From Naegleria gruberi (taxonomy: Eukaryota), in assembly GCA_000004985.1 (NCBI GenBank), contig GG738875.1: a stretch of DNA of 64,000 bases. One strand, given 5' to 3'. This document shows positions 21,001 to 30,489 of the stretch, in pieces. Below the pieces are notes generated by a model. It worked only from the letters and a program-made list of their open reading frames with translations. It searched no databases and was not told the DNA's origin. How positions within the stretch are numbered: position 1 is the first letter of the stretch; the number at the start of each line of letters is the position of its first letter. The position numbers were made by a program, and so were the translations under genes.

Positions 21001-24000
21001 TATACTTGGTATATGAAGCCATAAACTTGTTACCTCTGGTATGATTCTTAGTAAGATGGTAAACACCTCTCAAACAGACCAATACTTGTTCGAAGATTAA
21101 TCTTTCAGCACCCTTTCTCAAATCAGTAGAGTGAATAGATAAATCAGAAATGTTACTCATGAGTTCAAACAAAATATTCATAACAATTGGTAAGTGAGGC
21201 ATAAATAAGGAAAAGTCAATATCACAGAACTTCATCAAAATGGATCTGCAAATGTATTCCAAAATCTTTTCCTTATTCTCAGTCTCAGGGCTATACAAAT
21301 CGTGAATACTGGCAAAGAAGAGTTTCAAAATATCATCACGTGGATTGATTGTTGAAACAAGTTGTGCCATAAGCTTGAATCTGGCATCACTTATTTTTTC
21401 AAGAGTGCCCTTAGTTTGACTCTTAGTAAGGTAATCTGGTTGGAGTTCCTTGTATACTCTGAGTTCTCCAGTAAAGAATTGCTTTTGGAAATCAGTATGT
21501 TTGAGTTGATAGATTGCTTGTGCCTTGTCAGCTTCATAAATCTTGTTCTTTTCAGTCAAATCCAAGAATGAATAACCTAGGATTGCTCTATCACTGTTAC
21601 CAAAATCATCCTTTCTATCCAAGAATTCATACTTTAGCTTATTAGACTTTTTATCAATATCAATATGATAGAAAGTGAAAAGCAAGTGATTACCCTTGTT
21701 TGAAACAGCTGGAATATCAAGCTTAATTTCATCAAGGAATTGTGGAGTCTTATTATCATACTCAAGAGCAGAGAATTCACTATGCTTCTTTTCAGAAGTA
21801 AATCTGTTAATAATGACTGGATTAGATTTTTGAAGCTCTTCCAATGTTGGAATAGTGCTATCTGATTCTCTGAAAATTACCTCAATGAGAATGTTCTTAC
21901 CATTAGCCTTTTCCAATTTGACACCTTGTGGATAGACATACAAAGTATTTTGTAAGTTCATGTATGGATATCTGATTTTGTACCATGGAATTTCATTAAC
22001 TGAAATAGACTCTAAAATCTTCATTTGCTCTTCAAAGAGGGCTTTTCCGAAATCACCAGAATTTAGGATGACTGAATTACGACGTTCGGCCTCACTTTCT
22101 TCATCTTCTTCTTCCATAACATTGGCAACATCAGTACTATCATCTCCCAAATAATTGTTTGGTGTTTGGTAAGATGAGTGGTCTTCATTGATACTTCCAC
22201 TGTCTTCAGAATCTTGCTTGTATATGAGTTGACTATCACCAATACCAGCTCCAGTATCTTCTGATGGTTTTGATAACTTGTACTTTTGAAGATCACTGAT
22301 CAACTCAACGTAAACCTTCATTGTAGCGTTAACAGAATGGTGTTTAGTCTTTTGCTTAAGTGCAGAGTAAACATTGAGTGGATTTTTGTAATCACCTTCA
22401 ACAAAGAACATTTGTTCAAAGTTCAAAATACTAGATGTCAACTCTATCTTCTTCTCATTGATTTTAAATAAAGGTACAAATCCAAAGAATGCTGGATACC
22501 TAAAGAAAGCCAACTTGTCCTTCTTTTCTAAAAATTCGGAACTAAATTCCTTCTTCTTGTGTGCCTTGATTGTATCCTTGGTTGGGCCATTGGATACACG
22601 GTTAACAAACAATACCAAAAACATTTCTTCATTTGGTGAAGAAACTGAGAATAATCTCTTCTCAGTTCTAGCAACACCTCTCTTTTGAAGAGAATTATGG
22701 AGGGATTCTGGAAGTTTCATCAATTGTTCATCAGTGAACATGTGGAAGTGATAATCTTCGCTGACCTTCTTTAAATATTTGGCATCATAGATGGCAACAG
22801 AGAATGTGAATAGATCATTTTGGAGTTCAGTACTATCCATAAAAATAAAATCGCTGCATGATAATTGGAATCTGAACTTTTTCTTGACAGGATATTCAAT
22901 TTCAGGGAATCTTTGACACATAGTAGTATGGAGTGGTTTGTATTCATATCTTGGTTGTAAAACTCCCATCAATCTCTTAGTATCCTTTTGAACATTTTTA
23001 CGATTCAATTCGGCAATATCGTTCAATTTCTTTTGAGGATCAACACTCAAACTGTCAGTCTTTTGCAGTTCTGCAGTGAGTTCATTCAAAAGTTCAAGAG
23101 GACGCTTAGCACACAATTCCTTAGCCTTTTCAACCAAACTCTTTTTCAAAGATTTGGAAATATCGATTTCATCAAAAGCATCAACAGCCTTCTTTTCACC
23201 AGTCTTCTTTTGAAGATTGGCAATTTCCTTCTCTGAAAGGTTTTGTTGATTAGTTACAAGAGAGGTGAAGCTCATTTGTCTTGGGAAGTTTGGATCGTTT
23301 GGATCGATGGTTGGAACCTCCTTCTTAGTTTCAGATCCTTCCTTTCCTTCCTTATCGTCCTTCTTAGTACTAGATTCGGTATTTTGTGCAGTAGTCTTGA
23401 AGATATTATTCCAAATTGATTTTCTCTTGTCTCTGTTTGTTGCTGCAGGGGAACCGGCTGAACTTGATTTACCACTACCAGAAGCAGCAATAGAATCACG
23501 ATTACTACTTCTAGACAAGGCATTCTTTAACTTTTTGGACAAGCCACTTTCTGTAAAGTCACCCATTTGTTCAGTAGCACGGAAAAGCTCCTCTGGATCT
23601 TTAGAAGTTTGTACTTCAGTAGCCTTTTCAGCTTGGGCTTTTTCAATGTCTAAAATCTTGGACATGGAAGGTAAGATATCGTCATCATTTGTATCTTGAT
23701 TCTCCTCTTCCTCTGATTTCTTTTGTTCCTTCTTATTCTTCTTAGCTGATTTATCCTCATGTTCAGTTGATTGTGTTGCTGTTGTTACCGTAGTACTGTT
23801 AGTAGGAGCCTCAGAATTAAGAATTGCATATTGTGGTTTGAAAGGAGACATTCTGTATGGATTTGCTTCATAATGCAAAATCTTGAATGGTTTATAGAAA
23901 ACTTGCAAACAGTGTCTCACATGAGGGAATTTGAAATAAACAACTTCCTCCAAATTAGTATCTGCATCACTTGATTTCTTTGTAACTTTTTGTAAATATC

Positions 24001-25522
24001 CACCTCCGTAAGAAAGGAATCTGAAAAAGTTTTTAACAAGTAATCCCTTATGTTCTGAATTTTCTTTGCTTGGTGATGTTTTTGTACCATTACTACTGGA
24101 TTCATTGGTGGAATTGCCTGTAGCAGGAGAGAGTGCATTTTGTTCAGAAGGTGATCCAAGAGTATTCAATGATGTATTAACACTACCACCTCCGCTACTA
24201 ATGAGCATACTATTAGAATGTTGTTGAATTCTCATACTTGATGATCTCATCAAAATTCTTCTAGATGTCTGATTACGAAGAGATCCAGTATTGAACAATA
24301 CCATCCACTGTGTTTGATCAATTTCCTCAATTGAAAATGGATCCATAGCTTGCATATTCACTGGTAAAGGTGATTTTTGCTCGCTGCTCTTTCCATTAGT
24401 GTCATCAGAGAGAGTTGAAGCAATCATTTTCATTAGCTTTTGTTGACGTCTCTTTTCCTCTTCTGTCATTGGTGGAGGAGGAGTGGCAGGTGGAGGAGGA
24501 AGAGGTCCATTATATGAAGTAATAGTGAGTTTTCCACTTGTAGTTGTAGTAACAGTGTTATTATTATTGGTGGAAGATGTAGAACTGCTAGCAGAACTGG
24601 TAGTGTCATGCTCAACACTTGTTTGACTAGTTGATGATGATGTCACTTCAGTGTGTTGTTGTACAGGTTCTTCTTCTTCGTTTAGACGTGGAGTTGGTTG
24701 TTCAACACTGATGGCAACATCAGCAACAAATGAAGTTGAATTACTGGTAGTAGTATTATCATTAGTGATACTAACAGCTACCTCTTGTTGTTCAATTACA
24801 ACAGCATCACTGTTGGAGTCTGCCCTAGAAACCAATGTTTCTTCTTGTGTAATATTAGTGGAAACTGGTTCATCAAGTACTACTTCTTGTTGGACAACAT
24901 CAGTGGACGATGTTTGTGATGAGTCAATAATGACCTGGCCAACAGGTGTTTCTTCTACAATAATTGTATTCTGTTCTTCGACAATAGTCTCGCTTTGTAC
25001 CTTTGATACTTCTTGTTGTTGATGATCATCGTGGTCAACATTCGTTATTTCTGCTGTACTTGTAGTTGAAGAATTCAAATTGTTGGAAACTGGTTCATCA
25101 TAATGATGATTTACTTCTTCTATTGTTGTTGTAATTGCTTCTTGTGGTTGTTCTACAGAATTGTTGCTGCTGTCATCACTTGCCTCCTTATGATGAGTAG
25201 AAGAAGATTTAGAAGGACTACCTTCAACTTTTGTATCCACAATAGTAGCAGTAGAATTATTATTATCATTGGAATTGTTGGTAGTAGTGGTACTATCATC
25301 ATGACTAGTTGGAGGTGTTATTGTTTGTGGTTGTGATGTATTATCTAGTTGTTTTTCTTCATCATCAGAAAGACTACTTCTTCTTGATGAATTAGTTGAA
25401 GAGGAAGAAGATGAAGTGGATCCTTCTTGATGTTCATCTTCTTGATTGCTGACAGCAGGTTGATGATGGGTTATTGATGAGTGATTTACTTCATCAACAT
25501 TAGATGATTCATGATGGTCCAT
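18011..25522 (-). CDS. Giant (2503-aa) Ras guanine-nucleotide exchange factor: low-complexity S/T/N-rich N-terminus, DOCK DHR-1-like segment, long helical/ARM-like middle, C-terminal CDC25-homology RasGEF domain.
   Basis: The C-terminus has CDC25 signature blocks NYSAFFAIISGLQSVPVYRL and VPFIGIFQTDLTFTSDGNPDEF. The middle segment NTLYVYPQGVKLEKANGKNILIEVIFRESD resembles the DOCK DHR-1 core (..DLYLTLERGEF.KG.K...NVEV..). Confidence 0.7.
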   Translation of the reverse strand: MDHHESSNVDEVNHSSITHHQPAVSNQEDEHQEGSTSSSSSSTNSSRRSSLSDDEEKQLDNTSQPQTITPPTSHDDSTTTTNNSNDNNNSTATIVDTKVEGSPSKSSSTHHKEASDDSSNNSVEQPQEAITTTIEEVNHHYDEPVSNNLNSSTTSTAEITNVDHDDHQQQEVSKVQSETIVEEQNTIIVEETPVGQVIIDSSQTSSTDVVQQEVVLDEPVSTNITQEETLVSRADSNSDAVVIEQQEVAVSITNDNTTTSNSTSFVADVAISVEQPTPRLNEEEEPVQQHTEVTSSSTSQTSVEHDTTSSASSSTSSTNNNNTVTTTTSGKLTITSYNGPLPPPPATPPPPMTEEEKRRQQKLMKMIASTLSDDTNGKSSEQKSPLPVNMQAMDPFSIEEIDQTQWMVLFNTGSLRNQTSRRILMRSSSMRIQQHSNSMLISSGGGSVNTSLNTLGSPSEQNALSPATGNSTNESSSNGTKTSPSKENSEHKGLLVKNFFRFLSYGGGYLQKVTKKSSDADTNLEEVVYFKFPHVRHCLQVFYKPFKILHYEANPYRMSPFKPQYAILNSEAPTNSTTVTTATQSTEHEDKSAKKNKKEQKKSEEEENQDTNDDDILPSMSKILDIEKAQAEKATEVQTSKDPEELFRATEQMGDFTESGLSKKLKNALSRSSNRDSIAASGSGKSSSAGSPAATNRDKRKSIWNNIFKTTAQNTESSTKKDDKEGKEGSETKKEVPTIDPNDPNFPRQMSFTSLVTNQQNLSEKEIANLQKKTGEKKAVDAFDEIDISKSLKKSLVEKAKELCAKRPLELLNELTAELQKTDSLSVDPQKKLNDIAELNRKNVQKDTKRLMGVLQPRYEYKPLHTTMCQRFPEIEYPVKKKFRFQLSCSDFIFMDSTELQNDLFTFSVAIYDAKYLKKVSEDYHFHMFTDEQLMKLPESLHNSLQKRGVARTEKRLFSVSSPNEEMFLVLFVNRVSNGPTKDTIKAHKKKEFSSEFLEKKDKLAFFRYPAFFGFVPLFKINEKKIELTSSILNFEQMFFVEGDYKNPLNVYSALKQKTKHHSVNATMKVYVELISDLQKYKLSKPSEDTGAGIGDSQLIYKQDSEDSGSINEDHSSYQTPNNYLGDDSTDVANVMEEEDEESEAERRNSVILNSGDFGKALFEEQMKILESISVNEIPWYKIRYPYMNLQNTLYVYPQGVKLEKANGKNILIEVIFRESDSTIPTLEELQKSNPVIINRFTSEKKHSEFSALEYDNKTPQFLDEIKLDIPAVSNKGNHLLFTFYHIDIDKKSNKLKYEFLDRKDDFGNSDRAILGYSFLDLTEKNKIYEADKAQAIYQLKHTDFQKQFFTGELRVYKELQPDYLTKSQTKGTLEKISDARFKLMAQLVSTINPRDDILKLFFASIHDLYSPETENKEKILEYICRSILMKFCDIDFSLFMPHLPIVMNILFELMSNISDLSIHSTDLRKGAERLIFEQVLVCLRGVYHLTKNHTRGNKFMASYTKYIFDEMNRGYPIYSVLTRVFTDYLEELTKILQEPTKHYFVTNNLTEHDPFRFSWFIFDVIIKSLTLCIKTDSLDCLTIKDSWYLNKSNDGYGWNDEHPLSQEYFVRKVKQLMHHFCSRTKKLLSSSGSGRQNIGLNSNRNLALFIRDLIPFIDREYYIDIVKHYMDCLSGDASTEALLRLKSEFVAILCDYDYFIPLNSLQLQEGNFMVRHLFDVFFATIETNNEKLMLKVGKYLLDLFCKIDFDSRYQDTSKRAAIAEIFLYFVDRYMDKEEYLTMFHNDELYILTSFCLLWVLRNLSEQRLIQWWTQAPLHVMINCISFLDYVVMSVHHLDYSSSIPKERKKGGQRNIRIETVLSVNYILSKITEKNVLNQIFENINVKYPIDKLLANKEEYVQVISKLEITRNTKTMTPVKSLLLRSISRLIFNMIFQLTMKDEFKVVSLIFQDCLHPFLTSFNHSLVCPDLYDLTIPKKDRVPYAQKRKVEQKWRWLLGACSLYTEELMGDKAIGESIQISKECMALLLEPFSYVLNFESEVDLEDEPEDVNVDIKRSTISSGTLKKLVEKFVGMLTLEGETELRGVFHSTFLNTFSSFTTARSLMNRLMGVYRSVIKNNTVRLYIEQAMNELLKEAFHALDNEAVALYAHYFEEIAQPIRKKQQEDGAKRVHPTLKKIRKTLVQNLLSFKKDESGSTSHHGQSNTVMIPKGVPIEKLKEPEISLNQWKIQKSKYINEGMPNPYNIQFNLLSWPATEIARQETIIDLKIFKKIEANEFYNSAWSDIKYKYELAPHISSLTDRVNNISYWVQTTILTESNTEIRKALFKKFVEIAKETYELNNYSAFFAIISGLQSVPVYRLKETRKVLSQDDANIFKIFDDLHANNRIKLRENLKNTIVNNNTPIVPFIGIFQTDLTFTSDGNPDEFNHPKNPNKKLINYQKRRIYYNTIQTVKDLQSCSNLYRLEPIPYLQYVLKEQIFEGIITNDDELHKKSLVIEPRKAQ

Positions 25523-26273
25523 TCTTTTCTCCTATACATAATATTGAATTGTTGTTAGTAAGATAATTGATTGTCTACTTACATAAAGCTTTATTTCTTC
25601 TCTCTTCCTTGTAGGTAGTGCAGGATGATGATTGGAAGTAAAATGGCTCTGAAACGAGAGAAAAAATAATCTAAATTTTTTTTGCTGATGTGAAAATATT
25701 TGTCAAATGTCAACTGCTTGTTGGTGACAAACATTTTCGCCTCAACAGACATCACCTAAACCCATCGCTTCAGACTAGAACTTCATGTTGACACAATTTC
25801 CTTAATATTGAAAATAATTCAACTTTCAACTTATTGTTGATGAAGCCTTCTTGCATTCTCTTGTAAGAGAAACAAATATTAAGGTACATTGATGTTGTAT
25901 AGCATGTTACTCAAAGAGGTCTTTTACTCTCCTCCAATCCATCACTTTTCGTCAGTGAACAATAATCTTCATCGGAAGCCAAAAAATATCTATCCTTTCC
26001 CATAAAGATTTTATCTTCCCTCACTTCCTGTTGATGCTCAAGGGTCAACGTTCATTATTGTTGTTGGTTGTGATATGACTCATTGAGGTGATTGAGATAT
26101 TTTTTATTTTAATTAATTAAATTTTAATTTAAATATTTGGCGGCAAAACGCCTTAACGGATTTACTAATTGCAGATAAACAATGAATATCTTGTAACCCA
26201 GTAATTAGCTCACAATCATGTCAATGTTTGGCAATTATTTATCCTACTATCAAGATGCAACAACACAAAAAAA

Positions 26274-26576
26274 ATGTCCTTCTTATCTACTCAAGATGTC
26301 TTCATCCCTTTTGGTGTGAATCTTCTTTCCTTGGCTGCTGGCGTTTGTCTTGGCTTTGGTTATTTGCTTTTATCTGAAAAGATTAACCCACCTGCAAGAA
26401 CAGATGTTTCTGATATCACAAGAATTGTAAAGATTTGTGCTCGTTATGGATTTGCTGGTGTTGCTATTTGTTTCTTCTACTATTTGATTAATGTTGGTTG
26501 GAAACCTGCCTTGTCTATTGTTGCTGGAGATGCTGCTATATTGTTGGGCTTGAGAATTTCTGGATTTTGGCAATAA
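26274..26576 (+). CDS. Small hypothetical two-helix membrane protein.
   Basis: 100-aa ORF with two hydrophobic segments. The adjacent ORF has the same topology. Confidence 0.3.
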   Translation: MSFLSTQDVFIPFGVNLLSLAAGVCLGFGYLLLSEKINPPARTDVSDITRIVKICARYGFAGVAICFFYYLINVGWKPALSIVAGDAAILLGLRISGFWQ

Positions 26577-26714
26577 ATTGTTTTACAATTCCCATTACAT
26601 CAGATTTGTTGTTCTATTCAATAGATATAATACGAAAGCTTACCATATTTCATCTCGCAATGATTGTAAGATTACAATATTTCATCTCGCCTTACTGCTA
26701 CTACTGTAATTTCA

Positions 26715-27149
26715 TTGAGGAACTCTTCTTTCGAACTCTTAATTCCAAAACAGTTGCAGGTCATTACTGTCCAAAATAGATATTCAACAAAACGAAGAGA
26801 CATTAAAAACCAAAAAAAGGTGTGCCTAAGGATTATAATTACACTTTTCTTTAAAAAAAGCATGCAAATCATATTGGATTTTGTCAAGTTTGTGGTTGTT
26901 CCAATCTTGTTTGCAGTCTTTTCCTTGTTTTTGGGATCAATGGTTGGAATTGCAATTGTTTTTCTCAATGAAAGATACATAAACAGTTCACCCACCAATC
27001 ACAGAAATCACTACGTAGCCAATTTACTGTTCAGTTTTGCAATATTGGGATTAATCGTGTCGATGGCAGCTAGCATTTTGTGGATTGGATGGCAATGTAT
27101 CATCACCATTGCTTTTGCTGTTTTATTAGTCTACTACTTTGTTACATAG
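26715..27149 (+). CDS. Small hypothetical membrane protein, possible tandem paralog of 26274-26576.
   Basis: ORF with hydrophobic segments of similar spacing to its neighbour. The upstream part of the ORF may be UTR. Confidence 0.25.
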   Translation: MRNSSFELLIPKQLQVITVQNRYSTKRRDIKNQKKVCLRIIITLFFKKSMQIILDFVKFVVVPILFAVFSLFLGSMVGIAIVFLNERYINSSPTNHRNHYVANLLFSFAILGLIVSMAASILWIGWQCIITIAFAVLLVYYFVT

Positions 27150-27341
27150 ACTTCTTCTCTCGGATGCCTTTCTCTTGAATGTATTGTGAATCATCCTACT
27201 GTGTTTCTTTCCAATACTTTTCGTGTTCCCTGTTCTTGATAGTTAGAAATAATAACAACAATGATGAACTTGAATATTGTCTTTTGAAATAAGAACAATA
27301 AAAAAATAGAAAACATTGTTTGGGGACGAGTTAATATTATT

Positions 27342-28457
27342 ATGAAGCGTCTATTTCCATCGACACAGGAAAGAGTTCGTGGTGTTCTCTTTGGGCTAGT
27401 GGCTGGTGATAAGAATCATGGACCTCAAGCGATGGGCATAATGGTTGGCAAGGCTTTGATTGATAATAAGAAGAACAGTTCAACTTTGGAGATGAAAGTG
27501 CCATCCTCCGAACGTTATTCATTGGAATTTAATCAATTATTGACTAATATATTGAAAAATTATTTGCATTGGTATCATTCCAAGTCGAAGGGATGGTATG
27601 ATACTGGTAAGTAGTAGTAAAATTGAGAAATTGTTTGGAATGATCAATTATCATCATCATCATTAATAGGACAAATTGGAAAGGAAATATTTGACAAGTT
27701 TAAATCAGGAGATTTTAATGGAGAATCAAATGATGTGAAGGAATTGGAAACGCAATTATATGAAGTGGCAATTGTAGTGAGACAATTGGATAATCAATTG
27801 AATGGACAAACTGGTGGAATTAATCCAGCTCATAGAAATGTAGTATTGAGCATGTACAATAGAATTAGTGATGATGATTTGTTAAAGATGGCAAAGGAAG
27901 AGACCAGATTGACTCATTATTCAGTATTTGCTTGTGAAGCAGCACAAATGCAGAATTATATTTGTAGAAGATATATCAAAATGAATATTTCTGAAAATGA
28001 GCCAAGATTATCAATTCTTGCAGTTTGTAAAGAGTTTGTGGAAAACAATCAATTGTCAAAGGAATTTAAAAATTCATTGAATCAAGTTTTGGAAAATAAG
28101 GAATTTCTGAGTGGAGATTCGAATGCAATTGCTTTACTGAGAAAGTCCATTTCAAGAGGAGGTTTTTCACCACAAACTTTGGCCTCTGCACTGTATTTTA
28201 TCATTCTTCATACAATGCTCATGGAAAATGAGTACACATCTGAGAGAGAAATGGCTGTGTCATGCCTTCTCGATTCGTTCCAATTTGCTGGCAGTGCTAA
28301 TTATTGTCCAGTATTGGTTGGTCCAATTCTTGGCTCAATGTTTGGAGATTCAGTTTTCTTTAACAACTCTGAGAGTGAAGATGATTTGCTCTCTCATTCT
28401 AAACGAATGGAGGAAGCCCTTGAAGTTTGTACTGAGCTTGCAGATATGTGGAATTAA
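27342..28457 (+). CDS. Putative ADP-ribosylglycohydrolase-like protein, two exons: join(27342..27606, 27670..28457).
   Basis: GTAAGT donor at 27607 and acceptor AG at 27668-27669 join ORFs 27342-27614 and 27735-28457 in frame. GLVAGDKNHGPQAMG and CPVLVGPILGSMFGD weakly resemble the ARH-family N- and C-terminal motifs. Confidence 0.4.
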
Positions 28458-28827
28458 AAACTATTTATTTTGTAAAAATATAATGCATCAATTATGGATC
28501 TATGAAGATATTGGCTGAAATAATATTGCAATTGCAATATTGGATAAATTTACGGTAAAATGCTCCCTAAACAGCAAAGGGTTAAAGGTTCTCTGGAAAT
28601 GCTTCCAACACGATAGTAATTATATTCTCGATCTGACTGTGCCCAATTAGGATTTCACAAAATTTTTATGCATTTCAATACTGCTGTGCATTGCAAGCAT
28701 TTAATTGAACTACCACAATGGGTCTATAATCAAGAGAGGATCAAAAATGGAAAATTTACATTTTGAAACCTCTGTTCCAGGAACAGTAGATGAGATAGGT
28801 AAATATCTAATTAGGTACTTTAATGGA

Positions 28828-29769
28828 TTATTTATTCGTTGTTGGCAAATCGAAGGATGCAATGTAGACTGAACGTTGTTGAGGTATCGCATTGGATATC
28901 ATGACAAGCAACTCCATATTATTTCTCACTATCGATTCAACTTGTATCAGTGAAGAATTATTCAACGATTGAAACAATCGTATTCTTTCTGAAAATTCTT
29001 CAGATTCTAGCAAGTCTTTTGAGATTATTTCCTTCTCTTGACAGGTCATGGTGTGAGCCGTTCTGTGCTCTTTCAATTCCTTTGCCAAGAGCAAGTTTTC
29101 AAATACTTTGGTCACTGTTGCTTTGATATATAATTGAAGTTGGCAATGAATACATTGGCATGGGGAATTAGTAGTAGAAGTGGTGGTGGTGCTATTGTTC
29201 AATGATTGATTGTTTGTTGTGTTTGTAGAGGATGAGGATAATGGAATGGATGGAGGTTGTGTGGATGGTGTTACATTAGTGGAGGAGGAAGAAGATGAAT
29301 TGGAGGAAATGGAATTTCTCATTTCAATCAGAGCAGCCAAAATCAATTGTTGACAATCAGCACTCGTTGAATTGTTGGTGGTTGTGTTACTACTACTACC
29401 CATTGGAATGTAATTTTGCAAGAGGGGTACTATCAATTTGAGAATGTTATCAAAATTGAAAGAGTTAGATGTAGCATTCACTAGAACTGGAGGAGCAACA
29501 GTGGCTGCTTGTTGTCTCTGATTGATTCTCTCCTGTTGTTGAAGAGCAATTTGAAATTGTCTCAATGCTACAATGTGTCTGCCACTTCTCATTCGGAAGG
29601 TCTTTCTAATTTTCCCAATATAACTCTTCGTTGACCTCATATCAGAATAATAGTTATTATCATAATCACCACCACCATCCTGTGTTGTTGTATTACTACT
29701 AATACTAGAGGTGCTATTGCTATTACTGAATAATGTTGTCATCTCCATGGTGGTGACGAGATTCTTCAA
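28828..29769 (-). CDS. Hypothetical S/T/N-rich low-complexity protein.
   Basis: 313-aa ORF. Compositionally biased, no recognisable domain. Confidence 0.35.
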   Translation of the reverse strand: MKNLVTTMEMTTLFSNSNSTSSISSNTTTQDGGGDYDNNYYSDMRSTKSYIGKIRKTFRMRSGRHIVALRQFQIALQQQERINQRQQAATVAPPVLVNATSNSFNFDNILKLIVPLLQNYIPMGSSSNTTTNNSTSADCQQLILAALIEMRNSISSNSSSSSSTNVTPSTQPPSIPLSSSSTNTTNNQSLNNSTTTTSTTNSPCQCIHCQLQLYIKATVTKVFENLLLAKELKEHRTAHTMTCQEKEIISKDLLESEEFSERIRLFQSLNNSSLIQVESIVRNNMELLVMISNAIPQQRSVYIASFDLPTTNK

Positions 29770-30372
29770 GTATGTTCGTTTATTATTTGAGCGCTATTAT
29801 GAATCTCTATAAGGAACAAGAGACTCTACGACCGAATATTTGTGTTGTGTTTTTTTTGATTAATTGCAGTTGAGAGAAGTCTCGAATCTGTTTTATGCTA
29901 ATCGAAAACCTTAGCGGACGATACATACTTGAATCTCAAAAATATTCTTAGTCGAGATTTAAATCTGGCCATTTTGGGACATCATGGTGTTTTAGGCAAC
30001 TTTTTTAGCCTCTTTTTTAAATCGATTTAACGTTCGATGAATGTGGAAGTTTTGTGTGTAAGAAAAGTAATATCATGGTTAAATCTCGATTCAAGCAGAT
30101 ATATTGAGGTGGTCCCAGGTTTGTTGTAGACTGAAAGAATGTTGGAAAATGTTGCTTGGATTTAAAGCCAGACTACTGTTAAAAGTTCTGAATATGGACA
30201 CCAGAAGCATAGGTTTCATTTCTGTTATCCATACCTGCTTCAAGCATAGAAATGGAACCAACAAGAAACCCTATCATATAAGAACTCAAATTACAACAAA
30301 TCAGTAAACAACCCTCAGATTAACAAAATCAAAACAAAAAACAACCTTCTTTTTTGACTGTTGTGTAAAAGC

Positions 30373-30442
30373 AAAATCATTTGCATTAGCCGGGAGTCGA
30401 ACCCGGGTCACCAGCTTGGAAGGCTGGTATGATACCGTTACA
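30373..30442 (-). tRNA. tRNA-Gly (anticodon UCC).
   Basis: Reverse complement GCATTAGTAGTGTAACGGTATCATACCAGCCTTCCAAGCTGGTGACCCGGGTTCGACTCCCGGCTAATGC folds as a cloverleaf: 7-bp acceptor stem, anticodon loop CTTCCAA, T-arm GGGTTCGACTCCC. Confidence 0.8.
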
Positions 30443-30489
30443 CTACTAATGCTCTTGAAATATTTTTTAAATTAAGGAAATTCAGGAAT

